The notes beneath the pieces were generated by a model. That model had not been told where the DNA came from. It worked only from the letters and a program-made list of their open reading frames with translations, and searched no databases. From positions 644,731 to 708,730 of the forward strand of contig OZ252250.1 in the NCBI GenBank assembly GCA_965249675.1: DNA of 64,000 bases. The letters are read 5' to 3'. Positions within the stretch are counted from its first letter, which is position 1. Each line of letters starts with the position of its first letter. Positions 21,477 through 30,523 of the stretch are shown here, one piece after another. The position numbers and the translations under genes were made by a program. This DNA comes from Dehalococcoidia bacterium. GTDB lineage: Bacteria > Chloroflexota > Dehalococcoidia > UBA2979.

Positions 21477-22906
21477 AAACTAGCAAGAACACGCTCACCG
21501 CAGGTCCGTGGCCCGGACGCGGTCTCGAACCGGTGCGCCGGCAAGCCGCGAGAGAACCTCCGGTACCGATCTGCGTGGACGTACCGGTGGCCGCCCCGGC
21601 GGTTTGCGCGGGCATCGACTCGGTGCGGGCAGAGGAGTGGATCAACGCCTTCGACTACGACTACGACCTGTCACCAGACGACGTTAGCTTCGCAATCACG
21701 AGCGATGTCGTGGAGCACCCGCTCGGCGGCGGCCGGCACCTGGCCCGCGTCACCTTCCAGGCGCCCCGCGTGCGCGACGAGGCGCCCCTGAACGTGACGC
21801 TGGTGCTCGACGCCTCGGGCTCCATGGCCGACGGGAACCGTGTCGCCATCGCCCGGGAGGCGGCGGAGACGATCCGCCAGAGCCTGAGCGAACGCGACCG
21901 CATCGCCGTCGTCCAGTTCAGCAGCGACGTTCTGCGCTCCTTGACCGTCGAACACACCCGGCCCGATGATCGCGATGCCGAGTGGTCGATCCAACAGCTC
22001 GAGCCGGGCGGGAGCACGAACGTACAGGCCCGGCTCAACCTCGGCGTGCGGCTCGCCGACGAGGCTCGCCGGGAGCGACCAGATGCATTCAACTACATCA
22101 TCCTGATGTCCGACGGCGTCGCGAACGTGGACGCCACTGACCCCTTCGCGATCCTTGAGTCCTCACGGGAGACCGACCCCCGCAACCCGCTGCGGCTCAT
22201 CACCATCGGCGTCGGTATCGCCAACTACAACGACTACCTGCTCGAGCAGCTGGCCCAGCACGGCAACGGCTGGTAGCGCTACCTCGACGACACGGCGCAG
22301 GCACGCGCGACCTTCAGCCGCGAGAATTGGCTCGCGCTCTCCACGCCGTTCGCCGACCAGACACGCGCGCAGGTGAGCTGGGACCCGCGCCTGGTGGATG
22401 CATGGCGCATCGTCGGCTACGAGAACCGGATCTCACCGGACCACACCTTCGAGCAGAACCGCCAGGAGTTCGCCGAGTTTCCCTCGGGGGCCGCGACGAC
22501 GGTCTTCTACGAGCTGGTGCTGCGCGATCGCGCGCTCGGCCACTCGGTCGTGCTGGCCGAGGTTGAGGCGCGTTGGGTCCACCCGAGCACCGGGGAGACG
22601 TGGAGCCAGCGTTCCGAGGTTGCAGGGCGGACGGACGCGCCCTTCGATAGCAGGGACCGCTACCTCCGCCTAGGCGCGATCGTGGGTCTGGCCGCGGACC
22701 GCTACAGCGCGCTCTCACCGCAGCACGAGAACGCGGAGGTCGATGCGGGGGGAGTCGCTTCCGATCTCGCTGCACTGCTGGAGGAGTTCGACTCGCTGGC
22801 AGCGCGTCTCGGGTCGCTCGACGCCTACCGCGACTTCCGCTTCCTGCTGGAGTGGCTCTCGGCGAACGCCGAGGAGCTGGCGCCTTCCTCGGGCTACAGC
22901 CAGTGA
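21461..22906 (+). pseudogene. YfbK-family vWA-domain protein interrupted by an in-frame TAG at 22274-22276 (two ORF pieces, same frame)
   Basis: INAFDYDYDLSP N-terminal motif, vWA MIDAS (LVLDASGSM), the GNG-W-*-RYLDD block (YfbK-family consensus GNGNYAYID), and C-terminal DUF3520 (WRIVGYENR...FYELV). The amber codon sits at a conserved Tyr position. The start is uncertain because the annotated TTG overlaps an AT-rich promoter-like stretch. Confidence 0.7.
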
Positions 22907-22945
22907 CCGGGCCCACCTGGCGCCGGGGCGATCGATGCGGTCGGC

Positions 22946-23021
22946 GCCCCGGCAGCGAAGGTGGCGCGCGCACGACGACCGATGCCCCGGCAGCGGAGGT
23001 GGCGCGCACACGACGACCGAC
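22946..23021. repeat. Two tandem 38-bp direct repeats (3 mismatches) in a convergent intergenic region
   Basis: gccccggcagcgaaggtggcgcgcgcacgacgaccgat followed immediately by gccccggcagcggaggtggcgcgcacacgacgaccgac. Confidence 0.55.
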
Positions 23022-23135
23022 GCTCCGGACGGGCGGTGACGTCCCGCCTCGATCACGAGTCGGGAACGACGCGATCGGGGCGGGCGGCAGAACAGCCGAC
23101 CGGCCGGTGAGCGCAGCGGGCCCATGTCTCGGGGT

Positions 23136-24404
23136 TCACCCCAGTTCGATCGCTGCCCGCTCCTCAAACACGATGCCGCGCTCAACCAGCCCGTCGAGTT
23201 GGTTCTCGCTGGTCCCCAGGAGCTCGGACAACACCTCTCGGCTGTGCTCCCCCATGTCGGGGGAGGTGCCCTTGATCCCGCCAGGCGTCCGCGACATTCG
23301 GACCGGCGTGTTCGGTAGCGGAATCGATCCGAGCGTGTGGTGTTCGACCGGGACCAGCATCTCTCTGGCGGCGACCTGCGGCAGCGCCGCCGCGGTCGGG
23401 ATGTCGTTGAGTGGGCCGCACGGAATCCCGTAGCGCTGGAGCGCTTCCACCCACTCGGCAGTCGTCCGACCGGCGAGGGCCCCGGTGAGCAGCCGCTCCA
23501 GCTCCGGATGATGCCACGAGCGCTCCTGGGCCGTCGAGAAGCGTGGGTCGTCGATCAGCTCGGGCAGCTCCAGCTCGGCGCAGAGTAGCCCCCACTGGTT
23601 GGGCACGCCCCATGAGAGGGCGATCACGAGGTGCCCGTCGGCGGTCGGGAATGCCTGGAACGGGACCGCCGTCGGATGTCGCGTCCCGAGCTTCTCAGGC
23701 GTCTTGCCGGTCACGTGGTAGCGCATGTAGGCGTTCTCGAGCACTGCCAGCTGACAGTCGAGCATCGAGATGTCGACGAGCTGGCCACGGCCGGAGCGCT
23801 CTCGCTCCCGCACCGCGGCCAAGATGCCGACAGCGCAGTAGAGCCCGGCTGCCAGATCCCCCAGCGAGAAGCCGGGACGGATCGGACCGCCGCCCGGCTC
23901 GCCCGTGATCGACATCACACCACCGGCCCCCTGCACAACCACATCGAGCGCCGGCAGAAGGCGCATCGGTCCGGTCTGCCCGTATCCGGAGATCGCCGCG
24001 TAGACGAGGCGCGGGTGAAGCACCGACAGCGCCTCATAGCCGAGGCCGAGGCGATCCATGGCCCCCGGTGTGAAGTTCTCAACGAGCACATCGACCTCGC
24101 CGACCAGCTCTCGGAAGAGTTCCTTGCCGGTGTCCGATTTGAGGTCGATGGAGAGCGAGCGCTTCCCGCGGTTGACCGAGAGGAAGTAGCCCGACTCGCC
24201 ATCGACGACAGGACCTGTCGTGCGCGACACATCGCCCCAGGGGGGCCGCTCGAGCTTGATCACGTCTGCACCGAGATCGCCCAGCGTCATCGTCGCGAAG
24301 GGCCCGGAGAGCACCCAGGTCAGATCGAGGATTCGCAGTCCCGCCAGGGGACCGGTGGTGGGAAGTGCCGGCATCGTCGGAGGCTCCTCGCTACGACCGC
24401 TCAA
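23136..24404 (-). CDS. CoA-transferase family III (CaiB/BaiF)
   Basis: N-terminal LAGLRILDLTWVLSGPFATMTLGDLGADVIKLE Rossmann motif and catalytic Asp region. 422 aa. Confidence 0.85.
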   Translation of the reverse strand: MSGRSEEPPTMPALPTTGPLAGLRILDLTWVLSGPFATMTLGDLGADVIKLERPPWGDVSRTTGPVVDGESGYFLSVNRGKRSLSIDLKSDTGKELFRELVGEVDVLVENFTPGAMDRLGLGYEALSVLHPRLVYAAISGYGQTGPMRLLPALDVVVQGAGGVMSITGEPGGGPIRPGFSLGDLAAGLYCAVGILAAVRERERSGRGQLVDISMLDCQLAVLENAYMRYHVTGKTPEKLGTRHPTAVPFQAFPTADGHLVIALSWGVPNQWGLLCAELELPELIDDPRFSTAQERSWHHPELERLLTGALAGRTTAEWVEALQRYGIPCGPLNDIPTAAALPQVAAREMLVPVEHHTLGSIPLPNTPVRMSRTPGGIKGTSPDMGEHSREVLSELLGTSENQLDGLVERGIVFEERAAIELG

Positions 24405-24549
24405 CCCCCTGAGGCTACCGGCGATCGTCTCTCCGGTCCCTCCGGGGCGCCGGATCGCACGCCTCCTGGGCGGCAGCGCCGGCGGGCCGGAGATTGACAG
24501 GTCGCGATCGGGACCGGAAAGATGGTCGGGTTGGCAAGGGGGCGCGCCG

Positions 24550-25413
24550 GTGCAACTGGGAGTGGTCTTTCCGCAGACGGAGATCGGAGCCGATCCGGCG
24601 GGCGTGCGAGACTACGCGCTCGCCGCCGAGGCCGCCGGCTACGAGCACCTGCTCGCCTACGACCATGTGCTCGGCGCCGACCCCGGTCGGCCGGGCGGCT
24701 TCCGTCGCCCCTACACGCACGAGTCCCTCTTCCATGAGCCACTCGTGCTCTTCGGCTTCCTGGCCGCCCTGACCGCCCGCCTCGAGCTCGTGACGGGCAT
24801 CCTGATCCTGCCGCAGCGGCAGACCGCGCTGGTCGCCAAGCAGGCAGCGGAGGTCGACGTCCTCAGTGGTGGCCGGCTGCGCCTCGGGATCGGCGTCGGC
24901 TGGAATGCCGTCGAGTACGAGGCGCTGGGCGAGGAGTTCGGCAATCGCGGCCGGCGCGTCGAGGAACAGATCGCGCTCTTGCGCCAGCTCTGGGCGGAGC
25001 CGGTGATCACGTTCGCCGGGCGGTACCACACGATCACGCGTGCCGGCCTGAAGCCGCTGCCGCCCGGCCGCTCGATTCCCATCTGGATCGGCGGAATGTC
25101 CGATCGCGTGAAGGAGCGACTGGGCCGACTCGGCGACGGATGGTTCCCGCAGTACCAGGACCCGGCACAGCTGGCCGCGGGCGTCGCCGAGATCCGCGAA
25201 GCGGCCCTGGCGGCAGGGCGTGACCCCGAGGCGATCGGGATCGAGCCGCGGCTCAACCTGACCGACGACCTCTCGGCCGACACCGCGCTGGCAGAGAGGT
25301 GGCGCGAGGCCGGCGCCACCCATCTCTCCGTCAACACGATGGGTCGTGGGCGCGAAGGCGTCCGCCAGCACATCCTCGCGATCGAGCGGTTCAAGGCCGC
25401 CTACCCGCAATAG
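24550..25413 (+). CDS. LLM-class F420-dependent oxidoreductase (~287 aa)
   Basis: VQLGVVFPQTEIG...LRLGIGVGWN...IWIGG typical of LLM F420 oxidoreductases. GTG 24550 with AAGGGGG RBS. The ORF track's 5' extension to 24220 is antisense to the neighbouring gene and rejected. Confidence 0.8.
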   Translation: MQLGVVFPQTEIGADPAGVRDYALAAEAAGYEHLLAYDHVLGADPGRPGGFRRPYTHESLFHEPLVLFGFLAALTARLELVTGILILPQRQTALVAKQAAEVDVLSGGRLRLGIGVGWNAVEYEALGEEFGNRGRRVEEQIALLRQLWAEPVITFAGRYHTITRAGLKPLPPGRSIPIWIGGMSDRVKERLGRLGDGWFPQYQDPAQLAAGVAEIREAALAAGRDPEAIGIEPRLNLTDDLSADTALAERWREAGATHLSVNTMGRGREGVRQHILAIERFKAAYPQ

Positions 25414-25433
25414 TCACCCACGGAGGGATCACG

Positions 25434-26753
25434 TTGACAACCACGGCAGAGCCGCAACTGGACTGGAACGCACTGACCGAGGAGGCCACGGCATGGCTCT
25501 CCGACTACATCCGCGTCGACACCGTCAACCCACCGGGGAATGAGACCCGTGCCGCGCGGTGGTTCGCCGAGATCCTCGATGCCGAAGGGATCGAGTATCA
25601 GACCTTCGGCCGCACCGACAGCCGGCAGAGCCTGGTCGCCCGGTTGCCGGGCGACGGCTCACGGGGCGACGCGCTGATCCTGCTCAACCACACAGACGTC
25701 GTCCCGTTCGAGATCGAGCACTGGACGAAGGAGCCGCTCGCCGGCGAGGTCAGCGATGGCTTCATCTGGGGCCGCGGCGCCGTCGACATGAAGGGGATGG
25801 GGATCATGGAGTTCGTCTCCTTCCTCCTCCATCACCGCTACAACCTCCCGCTCAAGCGAGACCTGGTGTTCATGGCCGCTGCCGATGAGGAAGCCGGATC
25901 GGACTACGGGGTCGAGTTCTTCGACCGCGAACACCCCGAATTGCTCAAGTGTGACTACGTGATCAATGAGGGGGCCTGCGGAACGGTCGACATCCTCGGT
26001 AAGGAGCGGCCCACCTTCAACATCGGCGTCTCCGAGAAGGGCCCCTTCTGGCTGACGCTGCGCACCACCGGCAGGCCCGGCCACGGCTCGGTGCCGACCG
26101 ACGACAACGCCGCGGTGCGGCTCGTGCGGGCGCTCGATCGCATCAGCGAGTGGGAGCGGCCGCTCCTGCCGACGCCGGTGGTGAGCGAGTATTTCCAGCA
26201 GCTTCACGACCATGGCGTCCTGGACGAACCACCGAGCGAAGAGGTGCTCGCCCGCCTGGCCGAGCAGCACCCGCGCCTCAGATCGCTCCAGACGAACTCG
26301 ATCTCACTCACGATGCTCGATGCCGGCGTCAAGATGAACGTCATCCCCGCCCACGCCACGGCCACCCTGGATTGCCGGTTGGTGCCGGGCTACGACCGCG
26401 AGCAGTTCATCGAGGAGCTGCGCAGCGTGATCGACGACCCTGAGGTGGAGATCACGCGCGAATTCGAGTCATCGACCGAACCGTCCACCATGGACACCGA
26501 GCTCTACCGGTTGATGACCGCCACGGCGAAGGATGCGGTCGAGGACGCGATCGTCGTGCCGAGCGTCTCGACCGGCTTCACCGACTCCAGGGTCTTCCGG
26601 CGGCGGGGTGTTCCGGCCTACGGCTTTATCCCGGTCCTGCTCGGACCGGAGGAGAACGGTACCGCCCACGGCAACGACGAGTGTCTCTCGATCGAGAATC
26701 TGCGGATGGGGATCCAGATCCTGCACCGCACGATCCGCGGCATCTGCGGGTAA
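25434..26753 (+). CDS. M20 family metallopeptidase (ArgE/DapE/CPG2-like)
   Basis: LLNHTDVVP, GRGAVDMKG, AADEEAGS metal-ligand motifs and the dimerisation domain. TTG 25434 follows a GGAGGG RBS. Confidence 0.85.
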   Translation: MTTTAEPQLDWNALTEEATAWLSDYIRVDTVNPPGNETRAARWFAEILDAEGIEYQTFGRTDSRQSLVARLPGDGSRGDALILLNHTDVVPFEIEHWTKEPLAGEVSDGFIWGRGAVDMKGMGIMEFVSFLLHHRYNLPLKRDLVFMAAADEEAGSDYGVEFFDREHPELLKCDYVINEGACGTVDILGKERPTFNIGVSEKGPFWLTLRTTGRPGHGSVPTDDNAAVRLVRALDRISEWERPLLPTPVVSEYFQQLHDHGVLDEPPSEEVLARLAEQHPRLRSLQTNSISLTMLDAGVKMNVIPAHATATLDCRLVPGYDREQFIEELRSVIDDPEVEITREFESSTEPSTMDTELYRLMTATAKDAVEDAIVVPSVSTGFTDSRVFRRRGVPAYGFIPVLLGPEENGTAHGNDECLSIENLRMGIQILHRTIRGICG

Positions 26754-26789
26754 CCGGGCGCCGCAACCGGGCCGGGCCCTCGCCTGGCT

Positions 26790-27569
26790 CTACTCGCCGG
26801 GCTCAACCGTGAAGCGGCCGCTATCGGAGCGCCCGAATACCTCGGGGAAATAGGTCTCCTGGGCATGCGTGGGGGCGACGAAGAAGTCGTCTGGCGCCGT
26901 GGCGCGCGCGTAGTAGACGTACTCGTGGACACCTCTCGGGAGCCGCGCGGCGTGCAGCGTCAGCCGGTCGTCGCGAATGTCTACCTGGTCCCAGGGGCTG
27001 TAGTACCAGCGGTACCAGGGGGCGGCGTACGACTGCCCGCCTCCCTGGACGGCCTCCGCGCGCTCTGCCTCAAGCTGCCGCTTGAGCCAGTCGGAAACGA
27101 TGTTGAGGCGCGGATCGATGGGCTCCAGCCCGGCGGGCAGGAAGTCCTCGACCCTGGCGAAGAGGCGGTCGGCCGGCGCCACCATCGTCACGGTCACCCG
27201 CACCACGTCGCCTAGCCGGACAGTCGTGACCGCTCGGTCAGGCTCATCAAGGAGCGAATAGCGATGAGAGACCGAGAAGCCGCGGTTGAGCGCCTCAACC
27301 TCGCTCGCCGGGGTCAGGTATCTGAGGTTGAGGCCGTAGTACATGCGCCCTGGGCCGCTCGTGTCTCGCTCGAACTGAAGGCGGGCCACCTCGCCGAGCG
27401 GCAGCTCCCCGAGCGCGACCAGCGCACCGTCGCGATCGTCGCCCCCGGGTACGTCAAAGTGGCCCTGGAGCAGCTGGCGGGTGTCCAGCCAGACCGCGTA
27501 GTCGTAGACCCCCCGGGTTAGGCGCCGGATAGCGTCTCGCCCCCGGGCATCACACCCGCCGATCGCACC
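26790..27569 (-). pseudogene. Stand-alone alpha-2-macroglobulin C-terminal (MG/receptor-binding-like) fragment of ~200-260 aa; the rest of the usually >1500-aa protein is absent
   Basis: DIRDDRLTLHAARLPRGVHEYVYYARATAPDDFFVAPTHAQETYFPEVFGRSDSGRFTV matches the bacterial A2M C-terminal consensus (D.RDDRV.LF...L..G.H...Y..RA..PG.F..PP..AE.MYYPE). The open frame runs to a TAG at 27570-72 and the first start codon is GTG 27389. No upstream A2M ORF exists. Confidence 0.55.
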
Positions 27570-27605
27570 CTACCGCGTTCTCGGGGGGCTTACCGGTCCG
27601 ACCTG

Positions 27606-28487
27606 TCAGGGCTGGTGGACGGCGACGAGCCGATCGAGCACCTCCCGCAGGTCGGACTCACTGAGCGGGCCGAACGCCCGGTCGCCGGCAGTGTCGGGAC
27701 CGCTATTCGGCGGCACGGTCGCAAATGCCGGGTGGCGGGCCACGCCCATCTCCCCCGCCAGGGAGCGCTGGTCACGATCATCGAAGTCGAGGATCACGAA
27801 GTTGACTTGTGATTGGTATTCCAGCCTGAGCCCGTTCACGACGGGCCGCGTCAACGCGCAGGACGGTCACCAGATGGCATCGACGAAGACCAGCGTCGCT
27901 TTCCCGTTGGTCGGGAGATAGGCCCCGGTGTGGTCCACGTAGTCGGTCGGCAGTTCGTAGTCGGCCGAGATCGTGCGGGCCGGTCCGGTTGGGAAGTCGT
28001 AGACGACCGCCGGCTCGGGGGTTGCGGTCGCTCCGGGCGTCGGCGTTGCGTGCACCAGTGTCGGCGTCGCCGTCGGCACGGCAGTGGCCGGCGTCGCTGT
28101 CGGCGCGGCTGGTGCCCCAGTGGTCGGCGTCGCTGTCGGCGCGGCTGGTGCCGCAATGGTCGGCGTCGCTGTGGTTGCCGCCGTGGCCGGTGCCGGCGTC
28201 GCCGCCGGCGTCGTCACCCCGGCCTGGGTCGACTCTACGGTCGGCGCCGCCCGGGCGGCCGTCGTCTGTTGCGGTGCCGAGGGCGCCGTCGGCGCCTGGC
28301 TGCTCGCCTCTGCCGTGGAGGTCTCGGTCGCCCGCCCTGCCGCCGGCGTTCCGACGGTCTCTGCGGTCGCGGCCGTTGCAACCGGGCTCACCGCCGCCGG
28401 AGCATCGTCACCGCCGCCGCTGCAAGCCAGTGACGCCACCACGACCAGCACACCAGCCAGCCACGACGCGCGCCGCACGTCGCCCAT
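27606..28487 (-). CDS. Thioredoxin-fold lipoprotein with in-frame TGA at the first Cys of the CxxC motif (W-[TGA]-P-S-C): candidate selenocysteine UxxC thiol-disulfide oxidoreductase, or opal-disrupted pseudogene
   Basis: Signal peptide plus lipobox (MGDVRRASWLAGVLVVVASLAC|SGG) and an Ala/Thr/Pro-rich tandem-repeat linker. The thioredoxin fold (TLVFVDAIW-TGA-PSCALTRPVVNGLRLEYQSQVNFVILDFDD...HPAFATV...) continues in the same frame across TGA 27867-69. Confidence 0.6.
27830..27858 (-). ncRNA. Two hairpins 9-37 nt downstream of the in-frame UGA (candidate bacterial SECIS-like element)
   Basis: mRNA: UGA CCGUCCUG [CGCG-UUGA-CGCG] [GCCCGU-CGUGA-ACGGGC]. Second hairpin has a perfect 6-bp stem with a G/U-containing 5-nt apical loop ~27-31 nt after UGA. 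Confidence 0.3.
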
Positions 28488-28574
28488 GGTCGAACTCCCG
28501 GCAGCCAACAGAGAGGCGCACAGTGGACCGCCCACCAGACGATCAGTCTATGTCAGTCCCCTGGCAGGTCACAG

Positions 28575-29450
28575 TTAGGGCACCCGACTCCTCGCCCATC
28601 GGTCTCCCAGCAGATGCTTGGCGAGCTCTGACCCGCCCGGCGCATCGGGGTCGTCCTTGAACCGTTCGAGCCGGCGATAGACATCGGCCGCCGCCCGGTG
28701 GAAGCCGTCGGGCAGCTGGTTCGCCTCAAAGGTCTGCGCCATCTCCTCCATCTCGCCGACGAAGCGCCACGCCTTGGCGGCCGCGACGGGTAGACCTCGC
28801 CGGGAGCGCTCGAGCAGCTGTGGCTGGGACTGCTCCCACTCCTCGGTGAGCGGCTCGAGTACGCCCTCGGCGAGGGCCAGCGCCCAGATGTTCGCGAGCA
28901 GCGCACTCGTACCCTTGGTCCATGCTGAATAGGCCATCTTCAGAGCCGAGGCGGCGCCGATACGGTTGCCCATGCATCTCACGCCGAGGTCCCCGCCACT
29001 GAGTAGCAGCGCCACCTGCTCGGCCTGGTCGCCCGAGAGATAGAGTCGGGTCGATCCGGGTTGCCGGGCCGGGGGACCGATAAGGCTGCCATCGACGTAG
29101 CTCCCGTGGTTTCGCTCCACGATCTCCCCGATCGCGCGAGACGTCTCGGGTGCAATCGCGTTGGCGTCGACGTAGATCCCGCGGTAGCCAAGCCCGCAGA
29201 CCTCCTCGGCAACGTCCGTCGCGAATTCCGGCGGACAGACCGAGATGATGACGCGGCTCTGGTTCACGAGCGCGTTGAGCCAGAAAACGTCCTCAAGCCC
29301 GTCCGCCTCGGCACGCGCCACCGACGCCTCGCTACGCCCCTCGGAGACCCAGGCCACGCGCACCCCGGAGGCCTTCGCCGCCGCACCGATCGAAGAGCCC
29401 ATTGCCCCCGGATGGAGGAGTCCGACCGTGGTCACATCAGGATCCTGCAT
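28575..29450 (-). CDS. NAD(P)-binding oxidoreductase, 6-phosphogluconate/3-hydroxyisobutyrate dehydrogenase-like N-domain with DUF1932-like C-domain
   Basis: VGLLHPGAMGSSIGAAA Rossmann motif. Start ATG overlaps the stop of the upstream MBL gene (GCTGATGCAG). Confidence 0.7.
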   Translation of the reverse strand: MQDPDVTTVGLLHPGAMGSSIGAAAKASGVRVAWVSEGRSEASVARAEADGLEDVFWLNALVNQSRVIISVCPPEFATDVAEEVCGLGYRGIYVDANAIAPETSRAIGEIVERNHGSYVDGSLIGPPARQPGSTRLYLSGDQAEQVALLLSGGDLGVRCMGNRIGAASALKMAYSAWTKGTSALLANIWALALAEGVLEPLTEEWEQSQPQLLERSRRGLPVAAAKAWRFVGEMEEMAQTFEANQLPDGFHRAAADVYRRLERFKDDPDAPGGSELAKHLLGDRWARSRVP

Positions 29451-30349
29451 CAGCCCGTCTCCGCACGGAAGGTCTCGTAGAGGTTGCCGATGTTCATCTC
29501 CTTACGTTCGGCCTCGGGCCACTTCGCCCAGTCCCCGATGTCGATCGCGCGGGCGGCGTCGGCCTCGGACAGGCCATTCTCGAAACAGTCCCTCGCCCGA
29601 TCGACCATGAACTCCATGAACTCCTGCATGTCCTGGAGCTGCCGCTTGCCGCCGGGCGGACCGTGGCCGGGGATGATGGTCTCCACGTCCATGCCGCGGA
29701 TCAGGTCGCAGATCCGCACCCAGTTGGGCATGTCGCCGCGGCACAGGGGCATTGCGTAGAAGAAGGCGAGGTCACCTGTGAACAGCACCTTCGCCTCGGG
29801 AAAGTAGACCAGTGAATCGCCGAGCGTGTGGGCCGGCCCATGGTGGGAGAGCCGCGCTTCCCGCTGCCCGTAGTGCAGGGTCAGACGGCTATCGAAGGTG
29901 GTCTCCGGCATGACCGGATGCACGTCAGCCAGCTCTTCCCACCACGAGTCCTGGATCCAGAACGGCCGGGGACCGCGATCCCCGGGCGCCCTGGCGCGCG
30001 CCTGTTCGCGGGCGAACTCGTCGGCGGCCACCATCTCCCGGCGGCAGCCTTCGGAGGCGACGATCTCCGCCCCCTCGATGAACTGGTTGCCGTTCGTATG
30101 GTCGGCGTGCATGTGCGTGTTGACGAGATGGCGAAATGGCAGTGGGCTGATCTCCCGCATCGAGCGGACGAAGGCGTTGGTCATCTGGGGGGCCATCAGG
30201 GCGTCGATCACGAGCAGCCCCTCTTCACCGACGGCGAAACCGGCGTTGCTGATGCCCCAGCCACCATCCCACTGCAGGTAAGCGTAGAGATCCTCGCCGA
30301 CCTCAACGGGGCCGGTCTCGTAGGCGGGCATCGGGTGGTAGGTCGTCAT
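29450..30349 (-). CDS. MBL-fold metallo-hydrolase
   Basis: HxHxDH motif (NTHMHADHTNG) and downstream His/Asp ligands. Preferred start at MTTYHP; the track ORF extends to 30484. Confidence 0.8.
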   Translation of the reverse strand: MTTYHPMPAYETGPVEVGEDLYAYLQWDGGWGISNAGFAVGEEGLLVIDALMAPQMTNAFVRSMREISPLPFRHLVNTHMHADHTNGNQFIEGAEIVASEGCRREMVAADEFAREQARARAPGDRGPRPFWIQDSWWEELADVHPVMPETTFDSRLTLHYGQREARLSHHGPAHTLGDSLVYFPEAKVLFTGDLAFFYAMPLCRGDMPNWVRICDLIRGMDVETIIPGHGPPGGKRQLQDMQEFMEFMVDRARDCFENGLSEADAARAIDIGDWAKWPEAERKEMNIGNLYETFRAETG

Positions 30350-30523
30350 GGCGTGCTCCTCCCGCCGGAAGATAGCAGCGCCGTCGACTGGCTGCCGTCC
30401 CGGGTGGTGGGGATGCCCTCCAGATGCCGTGCCGGACGCCCGAAGTGCACCGGACGCCGAGATGCGGCGGGGGCTCCGCCGCATCTCATGCGCCCGGGGG
30501 GCGGCTGCGGTCTGGCTCGCTCC

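Noticed and set aside
24220-24549. 5' extension of the LLM ORF (track start 24220)
   Set aside because: Antisense overlap with the CoA-transferase at 23136-24404. A GTG at 24550 with an AAGGGGG RBS gives the canonical ~290-aa LLM length.
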